Source of the DNA: Candidatus Daviesbacteria bacterium
Lineage (GTDB): Bacteria; Patescibacteriota; Microgenomatia; Daviesbacterales; UBA10151
Assembly (NCBI GenBank): GCA_016186955.1
Contig: JACPKP010000007.1
Span: forward strand, 1,962 to 65,961
Length of the DNA stretch: 64,000 nt
Direction: 5' to 3'
Positions 1-12,100 of the stretch are shown here, piece after piece (position 1 is the stretch's first letter; each line of letters opens with the position of its first letter). A program made the position numbers and the translations under genes. The notes under the pieces are model-generated. The model was not told where the DNA came from. It did not search any database and saw nothing but the letters and a program-made list of their open reading frames with translations.

Positions 1-40
1 AAAGAAACGGTTAGGCTTAAGAAAAAATATAAAAAAATTT

Positions 41-688
41 TCACTTAAAATTTGGTTTTCCGGGCACAATATGGTGATTTAAACAACGCGCTCCGTAGGT
101 GACCTTGCTGTTTTTGAGAGGATTTTTGTCTCCCACTGCTACTTTTGGGCTATTGTATGGGGCAGGCTGCCCGTCTATTAACATTTGTGTGCGGGTGGCA
201 CTGTCCAGTCCACACACATCGCAGCCCGAGGCTAATTTTTCTATGCTTGTAGCAACAGCCATCATGGCAGCTGATGTAGGACAAAATTCTTCATTAAAAT
301 ACTGGTCAAGCCCCGCAGCAAATACCCTGATACCGTTTCTCTGGGCTTCAACAGCAAGTAATGCCAGTTTTGTATCAAAAAACTGCATTTCGTCAATTGC
401 TAAAGTTCGGGGTTTGGAGGTTCTATCGAAAATTTTCCTGGCAAGCATCAGATTATAGATTTCATCTGCAGAGGAAGCATTCTCACATGGCAATAACAGT
501 CCGTTCCTTGATTTTAAGGTTTTTACCCCGGCCCTTTTTGCTTCCAAAATATGTGTGACAATCAGAGCAGGATTTTTAAAATGGAGATGTTTTGCAACTT
601 TAATCCCCAGCCAGCCTGTTTTGTCGGCAAACATCGGCCCAACAGCCACTTCAATAGTTCCAAGTTCGTGAGAATTTTCAGCCCCCAT
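41..688 (-). CDS. tdk: Thymidine kinase
   Basis: GPMFADKT P-loop, IDEMQFF, GLDQYF, CDVC...ARCLNH zinc motif. Confidence 0.9.
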   Translation of the reverse strand: MGAENSHELGTIEVAVGPMFADKTGWLGIKVAKHLHFKNPALIVTHILEAKRAGVKTLKSRNGLLLPCENASSADEIYNLMLARKIFDRTSKPRTLAIDEMQFFDTKLALLAVEAQRNGIRVFAAGLDQYFNEEFCPTSAAMMAVATSIEKLASGCDVCGLDSATRTQMLIDGQPAPYNSPKVAVGDKNPLKNSKVTYGARCLNHHIVPGKPNFK

Positions 689-825
689 GCAATTAAATTA
701 TAAGAAGTCCCCAAAAATAGCAAGTACAAAAAAACAAGATTACGATTGAGATTTTAATATCGGTTTGCCTACTTGACGATTTAACGCTGAAGATTTACAT
801 TTTCAATGAATTGAAATTAGAGGCT

Positions 826-1260
826 ATGGAAAGAAGGGAATTTCTAAGGATTTTCGGTAGCACAACAGGATTGTTGGTTTTGAGTAGTTGTATCAACATT
901 CCAGAAAATACGATGGGGCAAGCAACGGCAGAAAGAGCAGGCCCACAAGAAATATCAATCAAAGCAGATGAATTCTCCTTCAAACCAAACAAAATTTTAT
1001 TAAAGCTTCAAAAACCTGTTTCACTCACAATAATCAATAAGGGTAAGATAGCCCATGATTTAAAAACAGGCATGCCTATTAAGGATTTAGAATATCAGCA
1101 GGCTGATAATAAAAATGGTACTTTTGATGTAGATTTTGAAGTAGGTCATACTGCAAAACTGACATTTACACCAATTCAAACCGGAGATTTTCCATTTTTT
1201 TGCGATATTAAAGGACATAAAGAATCAGGAATGGTAGGGACATTTACTGTAAAGGCATAA
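826..1260 (+). CDS. Cupredoxin-domain lipoprotein (start refined to ATG 826)
   Basis: MERREFL twin-Arg-like signal and LSSC lipobox; type-1 Cu ligands H...CDIKGHKESGM. Confidence 0.8.
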   Translation: MERREFLRIFGSTTGLLVLSSCINIPENTMGQATAERAGPQEISIKADEFSFKPNKILLKLQKPVSLTIINKGKIAHDLKTGMPIKDLEYQQADNKNGTFDVDFEVGHTAKLTFTPIQTGDFPFFCDIKGHKESGMVGTFTVKA

Positions 1261-1423
1261 TCTAATTTGATTTAGCTAGGCATCTCTCCTTTTTTGCTGC
1301 GGGATTGTACACTTTTAGTCGGCACTCACTGCGTTCTAACCTGGCACATCGGAGGTGGCAGGCTAGAGATTGGAGCTGTTTTTAGCTATTTACATGAAGT
1401 TTAATTTGAGGGATGATTAAAAG

Positions 1424-2179
1424 GTGCAAAAGGGATTTTCCGCTATTTTAGTTTTGGTAATGGTTCTACTTTTGGCTGCAATTGGCGGGGGTGCATATTA
1501 TTTTGGAAAGCAGAGCAATACTTCTGAGACTTTACCCAAACAGAGCAAAAGAGTAGATATCAAGCTGATTTCTCCCTCGCCCTCCCCAGCGCCGGTTGAT
1601 GAAACAGCTAAATGGAAAACTTATATAATAAAAACTCTTAGTTTGGAGTTTAAACTCCCTCCAGAAATTGGGTCATTAGGTGAGTTAACAGAAGTGATAG
1701 AGCCAGGTCAAACAGGTACACAACTTTGTGTTAGTTTTACAAAACCGCTAAGTTTAATTAAAAACGCATATGCTGGTGGTTTTTGTGTTACAGAATATCC
1801 TTTAACTATGAATATTGGAACAACTTCAGTAGATTATTCGCAAGGTCGGGGGGGCACTTTTACTGATTTGCAAGGTTTTAAATATCAGGATGGAAAGTAT
1901 TTAACAAGATTTGTTAATGGTCAGTTTTTAGAAGAGTTCCCTCAAGATTTAATTACTAAAGTGCAAAATAATAATGGAGTCGAAATAATTAAAATTAAGC
2001 CCCACCTTCCTTTAGATGATGGACCCTCACTTAGAAATACATTACCAGAAGGTTGGGTAGGAGTTGTGATGAATACAAAAAACACGACTTATCCAGGTCT
2101 TGCTTTGAAAATACAGCTATCCGATAAAGTCAACGAACAATTAGTGGATAAGATACTTTCGACATTTCAATTCAATTGA
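1424..2179 (+). CDS. Secreted/membrane-anchored hypothetical protein with pilin-like N-terminus
   Basis: MQKGFSAILVLV hydrophobic N-terminus, SPSPSP linker, C-terminal ILSTFQF. Confidence 0.7.
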   Translation: MQKGFSAILVLVMVLLLAAIGGGAYYFGKQSNTSETLPKQSKRVDIKLISPSPSPAPVDETAKWKTYIIKTLSLEFKLPPEIGSLGELTEVIEPGQTGTQLCVSFTKPLSLIKNAYAGGFCVTEYPLTMNIGTTSVDYSQGRGGTFTDLQGFKYQDGKYLTRFVNGQFLEEFPQDLITKVQNNNGVEIIKIKPHLPLDDGPSLRNTLPEGWVGVVMNTKNTTYPGLALKIQLSDKVNEQLVDKILSTFQFN

Positions 2180-2217
2180 CTTCTTTTCAAGGCTGAGATA
2201 AGCTAACAGAAATACTT

Positions 2218-3066
2218 ATGCCATATGGTGATGGGATAGAAAGGATTAATTGCTATTCTTTGACGGATTTTCATGATTTTGATTTTTGCCCTTTCAGGTT
2301 TTTTGTCAAACACCACTTAAACAAAAAATATGAAATTGAAGAAGGAAACCCCGCTATGGCTTTGGGGAGCTTGCTGGACCAGTCAATCAAGCTTTTTCAC
2401 AAATCCAAAGCTTATGGGCAGCCATCGGAATATCTGATCAATATTGTCAGGGCTGCATTCAATGAGATCAGAGAAAATGTGGCCAGAACTTCCGGCCCCT
2501 CGTTTTATTCAAGCATCGTGCCGTTTCTGGACCATTCAGTAATTTCAGAGGCCAATAAAATTTTCGTCAGTTACTACGGGGCCAGAAATAAAAAAATTAA
2601 TAGGTCTTTGGGGTATGAAAGATTTTCTGAATGGGTAATGGAAGGGGAAGACGGTAGATTCAAACTCTGGGGCGGAGCGGATGCTTATGAGATAGGTGAT
2701 GACGGTATGCCTGAGGTGGTAGATTACAAATCCAGGCAGAATTTAGAAAAAGGCAAAAACAATCTTGATATGGATTTGATGCCCAAAATCTATGTGCTTT
2801 TGGCTTCAAAATTCCTCAAAAATAAGGGATATGATAAAGCCAGGTTTAAAGTCAGGATCTGGCAAGACCCTTTAAATGAGGATTATTATGAGGAGTTTGA
2901 CCTGCAAAAAATTGGGGATCAGGAAAACCTGTTTAAGCAAAAAATTAATAGGATTTTGGCTGTTTCAGAGATAAAGTTTTGCGGGAGGGAATTTTGTAAA
3001 GCTTGTAAATCAGATAAAAGAGATGAGTTGATAAAAAGTTTAGCTGGGATGGGAATTTATGTTTAA
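2218..3066 (+). CDS. PD-(D/E)XK nuclease, Cas4/AddB-like, probable 4Fe-4S
   Basis: N-terminal CPF, GGADAY...VVDYKS, C-terminal CxxxCxxC. Confidence 0.75.
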   Translation: MPYGDGIERINCYSLTDFHDFDFCPFRFFVKHHLNKKYEIEEGNPAMALGSLLDQSIKLFHKSKAYGQPSEYLINIVRAAFNEIRENVARTSGPSFYSSIVPFLDHSVISEANKIFVSYYGARNKKINRSLGYERFSEWVMEGEDGRFKLWGGADAYEIGDDGMPEVVDYKSRQNLEKGKNNLDMDLMPKIYVLLASKFLKNKGYDKARFKVRIWQDPLNEDYYEEFDLQKIGDQENLFKQKINRILAVSEIKFCGREFCKACKSDKRDELIKSLAGMGIYV

Positions 3067-3568
3067 AAACATCGCTGTTTCAGGGGCTATTGCAACGGGC
3101 AAATCTACACTTGCTAGGAACCTGGCTCAAACCTTAGGCTGGCAGTGGCTCAGCGCTGGGGAGTACTTCAGGAAATGGCATGGTAAGCATAAAATTCCCC
3201 TCCATCATTCTGGGAAAGTGCCGCAGGAGTTAGACAAAAAATTCGATAAACATTTCCAAAACTTAATGAAAAATAAAGAGCATGTGGTATTCGAATCACA
3301 TCTGGCTGGTTTTTTTGCCAAAGATTATCCGCAAACCTTCAAAGTCCTTTGCTGCTCTGAATTGAAAACCAGGATTAAAAGGGCAGCAAAAGAAGCTGCA
3401 AAAAGCATAAAGATGAGGGCAGAGTCACACAGAAGGAAGTTTAAAAAGTTGTACGGGGTGGAAAACAGGCTGGATGAGAGCTATTTTAATCTTGTAGTGG
3501 ACACAACGGCTAAAACCCCGGAAGAAGTTTTACAGTTTGTGTTAAAATCAATCTATAGAAAATCCTGA
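3059..3568 (+). CDS. cmk: Cytidylate kinase (short archaeal-type)
   Basis: SGAIATGKST P-loop, SAGEYFR, ESHLAG, DTT motif. Confidence 0.8.
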   Translation: MFKNIAVSGAIATGKSTLARNLAQTLGWQWLSAGEYFRKWHGKHKIPLHHSGKVPQELDKKFDKHFQNLMKNKEHVVFESHLAGFFAKDYPQTFKVLCCSELKTRIKRAAKEAAKSIKMRAESHRRKFKKLYGVENRLDESYFNLVVDTTAKTPEEVLQFVLKSIYRKS

Positions 3569-4953
3569 TGAAGGTTGATGAGAGTATCTTCAAAAGCTAC
3601 GATATTAGAGGGGTATACCCTACACAATTAAATGAACAGGTTTTACCCGTAATTATATCTTCAATATATTCATTCTTTCAGTCTAAACTTGGGGAAAAAC
3701 AGTTAAGTATAGCGCTGGGGAGGGATATGCGTTTGTCTTCACCGTCTTTATTTAAAATAGCTAGCAAAACACTGGTCGATTTAGGGGCAGATGTAGTTGA
3801 TATTGGTCTTGTTGCAACCACAACCTTTTATTTTGCAGTGCATAAATATAGATATGACGGGGGAATCCAGATTAGCGCTTCACACAACCCAAAAGAATAC
3901 AATGGCCTCAAAATTGTAATGAAGGCTGAAAAGGGGTTGATTAAGATAGGTAAAAGTACTGGAATGGAGGAAATTAAAAAGTCAGCCCTTGAAGCGAACA
4001 GTGAAAAGAGAAAAGCAAAAAACGGCAAAGTTGTTAAAAAGAAAAATATGGTTAGGGAGGAAGTTAAAAATGCATTTAAAATTGCTGGGGAAGGAAAGGT
4101 AAAAAAATTCAAAATTATAGCTGACACTGCAAATGCAATGGGTGCAACTTATATACAGGAATTATTTAAAAAGATCCCTTGCGAACTGGTAAAGATGAAT
4201 TTTAAACTTGATGGTACTTTTCCGGCCCATCAGCCTGACCCACTTCAGCTTGAAACCTTAAAAGATTTACAACAAAGAGTTGTTGAGGAAAAAGCTGATT
4301 TGGGGCTTGCGCCTGATGGGGATGGGGACAGAATCTTTTTTATTGATGAAAAAGGTGAAATTATACCGCCTTCTGTCATTACTGCAATTGTTGCCAAAGA
4401 GTTGCTCAAAAACAACAAGGGAGAGAAAATCCTATTTGACATAAGATATATATTAACCCCCAAGAGGGTGACAGAAGAACACGGCGGGATACCTGTTGTG
4501 ACCAAAGTTGGGCATGCTTTTATAACTGAGGCGATGCAAAAAGAAGATGGGCTTTTTGCAGGGGAGTCCTCCGGGCATTATTACTTTAGGACTACAGGAG
4601 GGGCTGAATCTTCGGTCTCTGTAATTTTGATCCTATTAAATGTATTAAGCAGAGAGGATATAAAGTTTTCTGAACTGGTTAAAAGATTTACAAGAAGCAG
4701 GGAATCAGGGGAGATCAATTTTAAAGTTAAAAATGCCCCTGAAATTATAGAAGTTTTAAAGGATAAATTTAGCGATGGGATGGTTTCTGAACTTGATGGA
4801 GTGGCAGTGGAGTACCCGGAATGGAGATTTTCTTTGAGAACTTCCAATACTGAACCGCTTTTAAGATTAAATGTGGAAGAAGAATTGATTGCTGCAAAAG
4901 GTAGGCATGCAGAGTTAGTGGATATTATTAAAAAGAATGCAATTTCTGAATAA
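3568..4953 (+). CDS. Phosphomannomutase/phosphoglucomutase
   Basis: YDIRG, SASHNP, DGDGDR, GESSGH, RTSNTEP. Confidence 0.93.
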   Translation: MKVDESIFKSYDIRGVYPTQLNEQVLPVIISSIYSFFQSKLGEKQLSIALGRDMRLSSPSLFKIASKTLVDLGADVVDIGLVATTTFYFAVHKYRYDGGIQISASHNPKEYNGLKIVMKAEKGLIKIGKSTGMEEIKKSALEANSEKRKAKNGKVVKKKNMVREEVKNAFKIAGEGKVKKFKIIADTANAMGATYIQELFKKIPCELVKMNFKLDGTFPAHQPDPLQLETLKDLQQRVVEEKADLGLAPDGDGDRIFFIDEKGEIIPPSVITAIVAKELLKNNKGEKILFDIRYILTPKRVTEEHGGIPVVTKVGHAFITEAMQKEDGLFAGESSGHYYFRTTGGAESSVSVILILLNVLSREDIKFSELVKRFTRSRESGEINFKVKNAPEIIEVLKDKFSDGMVSELDGVAVEYPEWRFSLRTSNTEPLLRLNVEEELIAAKGRHAELVDIIKKNAISE

Positions 4954-5013
4954 CTTGACCTCCTATATAAATTCCCAATTGTAAGTCAAGAATGGGATTC
5001 TACCGGGCATTAG

Positions 5014-5244
5014 TTATTTTTTGAGTATTTCAATCAGTTTTTCAATTGAAATATCAATGTCGTCTAAAATTGCCTTTAGCGTGCCTTTTCTAATTTCTTG
5101 TTTCGGATGATAAGGGATAGTAGTGCGTCTCCCATCTGGATGCTTCAATTGAATATGGCTACCTACCTGATGATATTTTACAAAGCCTAGTTTTTGTAAA
5201 GTTTTGAGCAGCTTGTCAGCTTTGACAACCGGAAGTTTAGGCAT
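5014..5244 (-). CDS. hicA: HicA-family toxin (start refined to MPKLP)
   Basis: GSHIQLKHPDGRRTTIPYH, GTLKAIL. Confidence 0.88.
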   Translation of the reverse strand: MPKLPVVKADKLLKTLQKLGFVKYHQVGSHIQLKHPDGRRTTIPYHPKQEIRKGTLKAILDDIDISIEKLIEILKK

Positions 5245-5467
5245 GCAGAGTGACAATTTGGATTTCTTCTATTGCGTCTCTTTGTTGCAACGGTTTGACA
5301 CCATCTTTTAGCAAACCTTCTAAGTGGGTTTGAATGGCTTCTGCCAAGTTTTTTTTGGTTTCAGTAACAGTTCCCCCCCAAGTATGGACACCTTTTAAAA
5401 GAGGAACAAATCCATGGTAGCCATCTTCATCAGGTTCAATAATTGTACGGTAAGTATAAGTTTTCAT
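5237..5467 (-). CDS. hicB: HicB-family antitoxin (start refined to MKTYTY)
   Basis: IIEPDEDGYHGFVPLLKGVHTWGGT...LAEAI; overlaps hicA. Confidence 0.85.
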   Translation of the reverse strand: MKTYTYRTIIEPDEDGYHGFVPLLKGVHTWGGTVTETKKNLAEAIQTHLEGLLKDGVKPLQQRDAIEEIQIVTLHA

Positions 5468-5480
5468 GCTTGTATTATAA

Positions 5481-6901
<1,421 letters not shown>

Positions 6902-6902
<1 letters not shown>

Positions 6903-6922
6903 TCACACCTCCGAGGTGTGAT
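6902..6922. repeat. Palindrome ATCACACCTCCGAGGTGTGAT (REP-like)
   Basis: Perfect 9-bp stem; identical copy at 29978-29998. Confidence 0.85.
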
Positions 6923-7094
6923 ATTTCTACAACAGTTGATTGACAAAGGGTTTGTTTGGTGTTAATAGTAAGTTTGGTTTTCAATAATATGACCGAATTA
7001 AATGGTTGAAAGATGCGAAGATGCAGAACATTATTTATGCCCGGGATACCCTTTTTGTGATGGAGGTGTTATAATCCAGATTGGAGGTGATGAT

Positions 7095-7367
7095 ATGACA
7101 CAAGAACAAGAAAATGTTGCAGAGGTACAGCCTGAGGTGCGTAAAAAAATTCTTGTAAAAGTAAATTTTTTTGAGGATGAGTTAGAAGATTTAAAAAGAC
7201 TTGCTGAAGCTAGAGGTACCAATATGACGGAGGCATTGCGAGGTGCGATTGCTACTGAAAAATTTTTGCGTGAGAAAATTGCTGAGGGGAACAGTATATT
7301 AATACAAAATAAAGAGGTTGGTACAATCAGAGAAGTGTTGCTGATTCCAAAAAAAGAGCAAACCTAA
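7095..7367 (+). CDS. Ribbon-helix-helix (CopG-like) protein
   Basis: GGAGGTGA SD before ATG 7095; VKVNF...LKRLAEARGTNMTEALRGAI. Confidence 0.65.
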   Translation: MTQEQENVAEVQPEVRKKILVKVNFFEDELEDLKRLAEARGTNMTEALRGAIATEKFLREKIAEGNSILIQNKEVGTIREVLLIPKKEQT

Positions 7368-7408
7368 AATAGTTTAGAAACAAAACAAGTAGTAATTAAT
7401 TCTGAAAC

Positions 7409-8590
7409 ATGAAAGAGGTTTATATTGTCAGCGCTGCCAGGACTCCGATTGGTAAATTTTTGGGTTCCCTCTCCCCTTTTGGCGCCCCTGAACTTGGAGG
7501 TTTTGCAATCAGGGCAGCAGTTGGGTGGTCAGGTTTGAGGTCGGAAAATATAGAAGAGGTGATCATGGGGCAGGCGCTTCAGGCAGGAGTTGGCCAGGCG
7601 CCCGCCAGGCAGGCAATGCTTAAAGCCGGTTTACCCGAATCAGCGTCTGCCACCACAATAAACAAAGTTTGCGCTTCAGGTCTTGAAGCAATCCACATTG
7701 GCGCTTTAAAAATCCAAACCGGTGAAGCAAATTGTCTAGTTGCAGGCGGGATGGAAAGTATGAGTAGGGCTCCCCACATCCTGAAAAATTCCAGGAATTT
7801 AAAAATGGGTGATGTAAATTTGGTTGATAGTGCAATAAGTGATGGGTTATGGTGTGCTTTTGAAAACACCCATATGGGGAATTTGGCGGAATTTATTGCG
7901 AGAGAGCGGGGAATCAACCGGATGGAAATGGATAAATTTGCGCTACTTAGCCACCTCAAAGCAGTCAGCGCAATAAATAAGGGTAAATTTTTACAGGAAA
8001 TTATACCAGTACCTCAATTTGGAGGGAAAGGGTTTGTGGGCCGGGATGAAAATCCCCGGGCAGACACCAGTATGGAGAAACTTATGAAATTGGATCCGGT
8101 ATTTGAGAAGGGCAGCGGAATTGTCACTGCAGGCAATGCCCCGGGGTTGGCAGACGGGGCGGCAGCGCTGGTTTTGGCTGAAAAATCCTGGCTTGAAAAA
8201 AGTGGTATTCCTCCCCTGGCAAAAATTACCGGTTATGCTACAGCTGCAACAGAGCCAAAATGGCTTTTTGCAGCGCCTGAGGTTGCCATCAAAAAATTGC
8301 TGGCCAGGACAAAAACCCAGCTTTCAGATTATCACCTTTTAGAAGTAAATGAGGCTTTTGCTGCGCAGATTTTGGCAAACGGGCAGGCGCTCAATTGGGA
8401 TTGGGACAGGGTTAATGTCAACGGCGGGGCAATCGCTTTGGGCCATCCGGTTGGCGCCACAGGGGCCAGAATTGTTGTGACACTCGTCCATGCTTTAAAA
8501 GCCCGTGGTTTAAAAAGCGGTCTTGCCGCGCTTTGCCATGGCGGAGGCGGGGCTGTGGCAATGAGTTTTGAGCTATCCCGCTATTGTTAA
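7409..8590 (+). CDS. atoB: Acetyl-CoA C-acetyltransferase (thiolase)
   Basis: INKVCASG, NEAFA, GHPVGATG, LCHGGG. Confidence 0.92.
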   Translation: MKEVYIVSAARTPIGKFLGSLSPFGAPELGGFAIRAAVGWSGLRSENIEEVIMGQALQAGVGQAPARQAMLKAGLPESASATTINKVCASGLEAIHIGALKIQTGEANCLVAGGMESMSRAPHILKNSRNLKMGDVNLVDSAISDGLWCAFENTHMGNLAEFIARERGINRMEMDKFALLSHLKAVSAINKGKFLQEIIPVPQFGGKGFVGRDENPRADTSMEKLMKLDPVFEKGSGIVTAGNAPGLADGAAALVLAEKSWLEKSGIPPLAKITGYATAATEPKWLFAAPEVAIKKLLARTKTQLSDYHLLEVNEAFAAQILANGQALNWDWDRVNVNGGAIALGHPVGATGARIVVTLVHALKARGLKSGLAALCHGGGGAVAMSFELSRYC

Positions 8591-8598
8591 ACAATGCA

Positions 8599-8820
8599 TC
8601 AAAATAGATTTAAAAAAGTATCTTTATCCATTTCTGCCTGATGGAGTATAGAATTTAGAGTACCCGGAGCAATTGGTTTGTTATGTATTGCAATAGTGAT
8701 TTTTCTACCATCTGGGTGGACAAGTCTAAGATGAGAACCAGTTTGTCTGCTAATCATAAATCCTTGTTTTTGAAAAAATTTAAGCAGATCTTTTGGTCTG
8801 ATCTGTGGTAACTTGGCCAT
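8599..8820 (-). CDS. hicA: HicA-family toxin
   Basis: RQTGSHLRLVHPDGRKITIAIH, GTLNSIL. Confidence 0.88.
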   Translation of the reverse strand: MAKLPQIRPKDLLKFFQKQGFMISRQTGSHLRLVHPDGRKITIAIHNKPIAPGTLNSILHQAEMDKDTFLNLF

Positions 8821-9092
8821 TAAAAAGTAAGGTGGGCGTTTTTCGGAATCTCTGTTTCAAAGCTGGTGAGAACAGGATGGTCTATCTCAATAGGTATCTT
8901 TTCTCCCTCCTCTGTTAAAGATTCTAAATGAAATGCAACTAGAGATTTAATCTCTTTTTGGACCTGCTCAAAAGTATCTGCCTCAGTGGCAACCTCCAAA
9001 ATAGGAACATAGGCACTATAGCAACCTTTATTAGTTCCGATCCGCTTCTCTTTTTTGATAACTACTGTATAATTTGCAACTTTCTGTTTCAT
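8820..9092 (-). CDS. hicB: HicB-family antitoxin
   Basis: YSAYVPILEVATEADT...HLESLTEEGEKIP; 1-nt overlap with hicA. Confidence 0.82.
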   Translation of the reverse strand: MKQKVANYTVVIKKEKRIGTNKGCYSAYVPILEVATEADTFEQVQKEIKSLVAFHLESLTEEGEKIPIEIDHPVLTSFETEIPKNAHLTF

Positions 9093-9170
9093 AATAATAT
9101 TATAACACGTGGCAAAGACTTGTTTTCAGAATCCAGTTAGGATATATTTTATTTACTGAGCAGATTTATA

Positions 9171-12100
9171 ATGTTTGAAAAAAACATTATCCAAAAAGGC
9201 CTGTCTATCCGGCAGGCAGGCATAGCCCATCTGATGCTGCTAATTGCTGTGGTAGGGCTGGTGGCATTCCTGCTCATCTCCAACACTTTTGATTTTAAGA
9301 ATAAGATTTTCAATGCCCTGTTCCCAAAACCTGCTTCAAAAGCAGCTGAAAATTTAGATACGACTAAAATTATTTCAAATGAGCTTTTAGTAAAATTAAA
9401 ACCTGAAATAGCAAATGTTTTAAAAGGTAAAGTGGAAACTGCAGCACTTACAGAAACTGGAATAGCCTCATTTGATGAATCTTTGAAGAAAGCAAAAGTT
9501 AAGAAAATTGAGTTTGTATCTAAAAAGTCTAAAGTTAATAAAGGTAAAAGAGTTCAAAACCCTAATTTCAGCAGTGACCATGTTGATAGATGGTTTAAAT
9601 TAACTCTAGCAAACCCTCAAGAAAAGTTGTCTGTTGATGGAATTATACTGGATTCAGATCCAAAGTTAAATAACAGTCAACTTAATGCTAGTGTTCAAAG
9701 TCCATCAACATCTCGAAGCAATAGATTGTTTAACCTGAAACCTAAACCAACAAGTGAGTCGAGTTTTCAGCTAAAGGATCGTTCTATTCCCGAGCCAACA
9801 TTAGAGGCTAATAAAAATCTTGGATATGGATTATTAGCTGATTCGATGAAAGAGTTAAAGAAAAATTCTCAGATTGAAGTGGTGGAACCGAATTACATCT
9901 ATCATAAGTTCGAAGTGACCACGAATGATTTTTATTTTAATTCACCATTAAATGAACTTTGGGATTTAAAAAGAATTAATATTTCAAAAGCTTGGGATTT
10001 AACAATGGGGAGTAAGTCAACAGTGGTAGCTGTAGTTGATTCGGGTATTGATTATACACATCCTGATCTTTTGGATAATATATGGATTAATCCAGGTGAA
10101 AGTGGTGGTAAAGAGAATAATGGCATAGACGATGATAGCAACGGTTTTATAGATGATTATAGGGGATATGATTTTGTTACAATTGATCCAAGAAAAGAAG
10201 ATGTTTTAGATACTACTGATAATGATCCTATGGATGAGTTAGGGCATGGTACTCATGTTGCTGGGATAATTGGGGCTTTAGGAAATAATGATCCTGATCA
10301 TTCAATAGACACCGGCAAGCGGATGGTAGGAGTAAGCAATATTAGTTTAATGGCGGTGAAAGGATTGAACGCTAATGGTGAAGGATTAATAAGTGATTTG
10401 GGCGCAGCTATAAGGTATGTAACGGATAATGGGGCTGATGTTATAAACATGAGTTGGGGGGGAATGGGGAAAAGCCAATTTTTGGATGATCAACTTCAGT
10501 ACAGCTACAACAGGGGCGTGGTTTTGATTGCAGCTGCAGGTAATAGTGCTATTAATGCAGCTTATTTTAGTCCCGCTAGTTCGTCATATGTTATTACTGT
10601 TGCGTCCTCTAATGACCAGGATTCTTATTCCTGTTTTTCCAACTTTGGTTTCAAAATAGACCTTTCTGCTCCAGGAGGCGATTCTTCAAGTTGTGGTGGG
10701 GGCGGAAAGAACATTCTTTCCACAATTTCTAAGACTCACAGCAGTTCATTTTCCATATATGGTTGTTGTTATGCAGTTGCAGCAGGTACATCTATGGCGA
10801 CACCCCATGTTGCTGGAACTGCAGCCTTGCTTTTGACGCTTCATCCTGACTGGACTCAGGAGATGGTCAGACAAGCTTTGAGAAAAGGTAGTGATGATAT
10901 CGGGCCTCCTGGTTTTGACCTTGATACAGGATATGGCAGGTTGGATGTATTCAAAACCTTAAGTTGGCAAAAACCGTTATCAGTTAAAATAACCTATCCT
11001 ACCGAAAGTACGCTTTTTTCAACAACTAATATTCAAATTTCAGGGATAGTCAGTGGTGAAAATTTAAGCAATTGGAAACTCGAATATGCTTCTTATTATG
11101 ATCAAAATAATTGGCAGCTTTTAAATAGCGCCACCGTACCTGTGAATTACGGGCTTTTAAAAGATTGGGATATAACATCTTTGCTTGATAAGCCTTATAT
11201 TTTGAAACTTACAGCAACAGATCAGTCAGGGATAATTTATGAAGATAGGGTTGCAGTGGTAATAAATCAATTGATTTTGGATGATCCACCGCTTGCATAC
11301 CCAGATAACCGGTTTAGGGATTTTGCAGTTTATAACATAGGGCAGAAAGTAGTTATCAAAGGCACTGCAGCTCAGGCTAACTTGAAAAATTATCAGGTTA
11401 AAATTTATAAAGCCAATACATACGCAGAGATTACAAACGTCAAGATAGCCTTAACAAATGACGGATTGCAAAAGGTAAGAAACGGCATTTTAGGAACATG
11501 GGATACGAGTGGTCTTGCTCAGGATATGTATATTGTTGAACTCAGGGCTAACTTATCCGACGGAAGTTACAGCGCATTAGGTGGGACAGTATTGTTGGAT
11601 AATTTTGTTCATTCAGGTTGGCCAAAAAAGATCTTTGATTATGAAGGTAGTAATTGGTATTTACCCTCGCCATATGGTCATTTAATCACTGAAGATATAG
11701 ACGGAGACGGAAAAAAAGATCTGCTGACCGCTTATGGCGACAAAGTGGTTATTTATAATGGTGATGGAGGGGTTTTATCCGGATGGCCACAAACAGTTGA
11801 TCCATTTAATAAATTTGAATCTATTATTAAAGGGCCTACGGTTGGAGATTTAGATAATGATGGTAAACCCGAAATAGTGGCAGCTGCAAATTCTGTATCC
11901 GTCGAGACGGGCACATTTTTATTAAATGATGCTTTAATCTTGATTTGGCGTTCTGATGGGACTCTTTTTCCTGGTTGGCCAAAAAGGATATCGGGGATTA
12001 AAAATCCTTTCATAGTATTGAGTGATGTCGATGACGATGGTCAACAGGATATAGTATTAGAAAGTAGTTCTGGTGTGAATGCGGATCCTGCAAGGATTAC

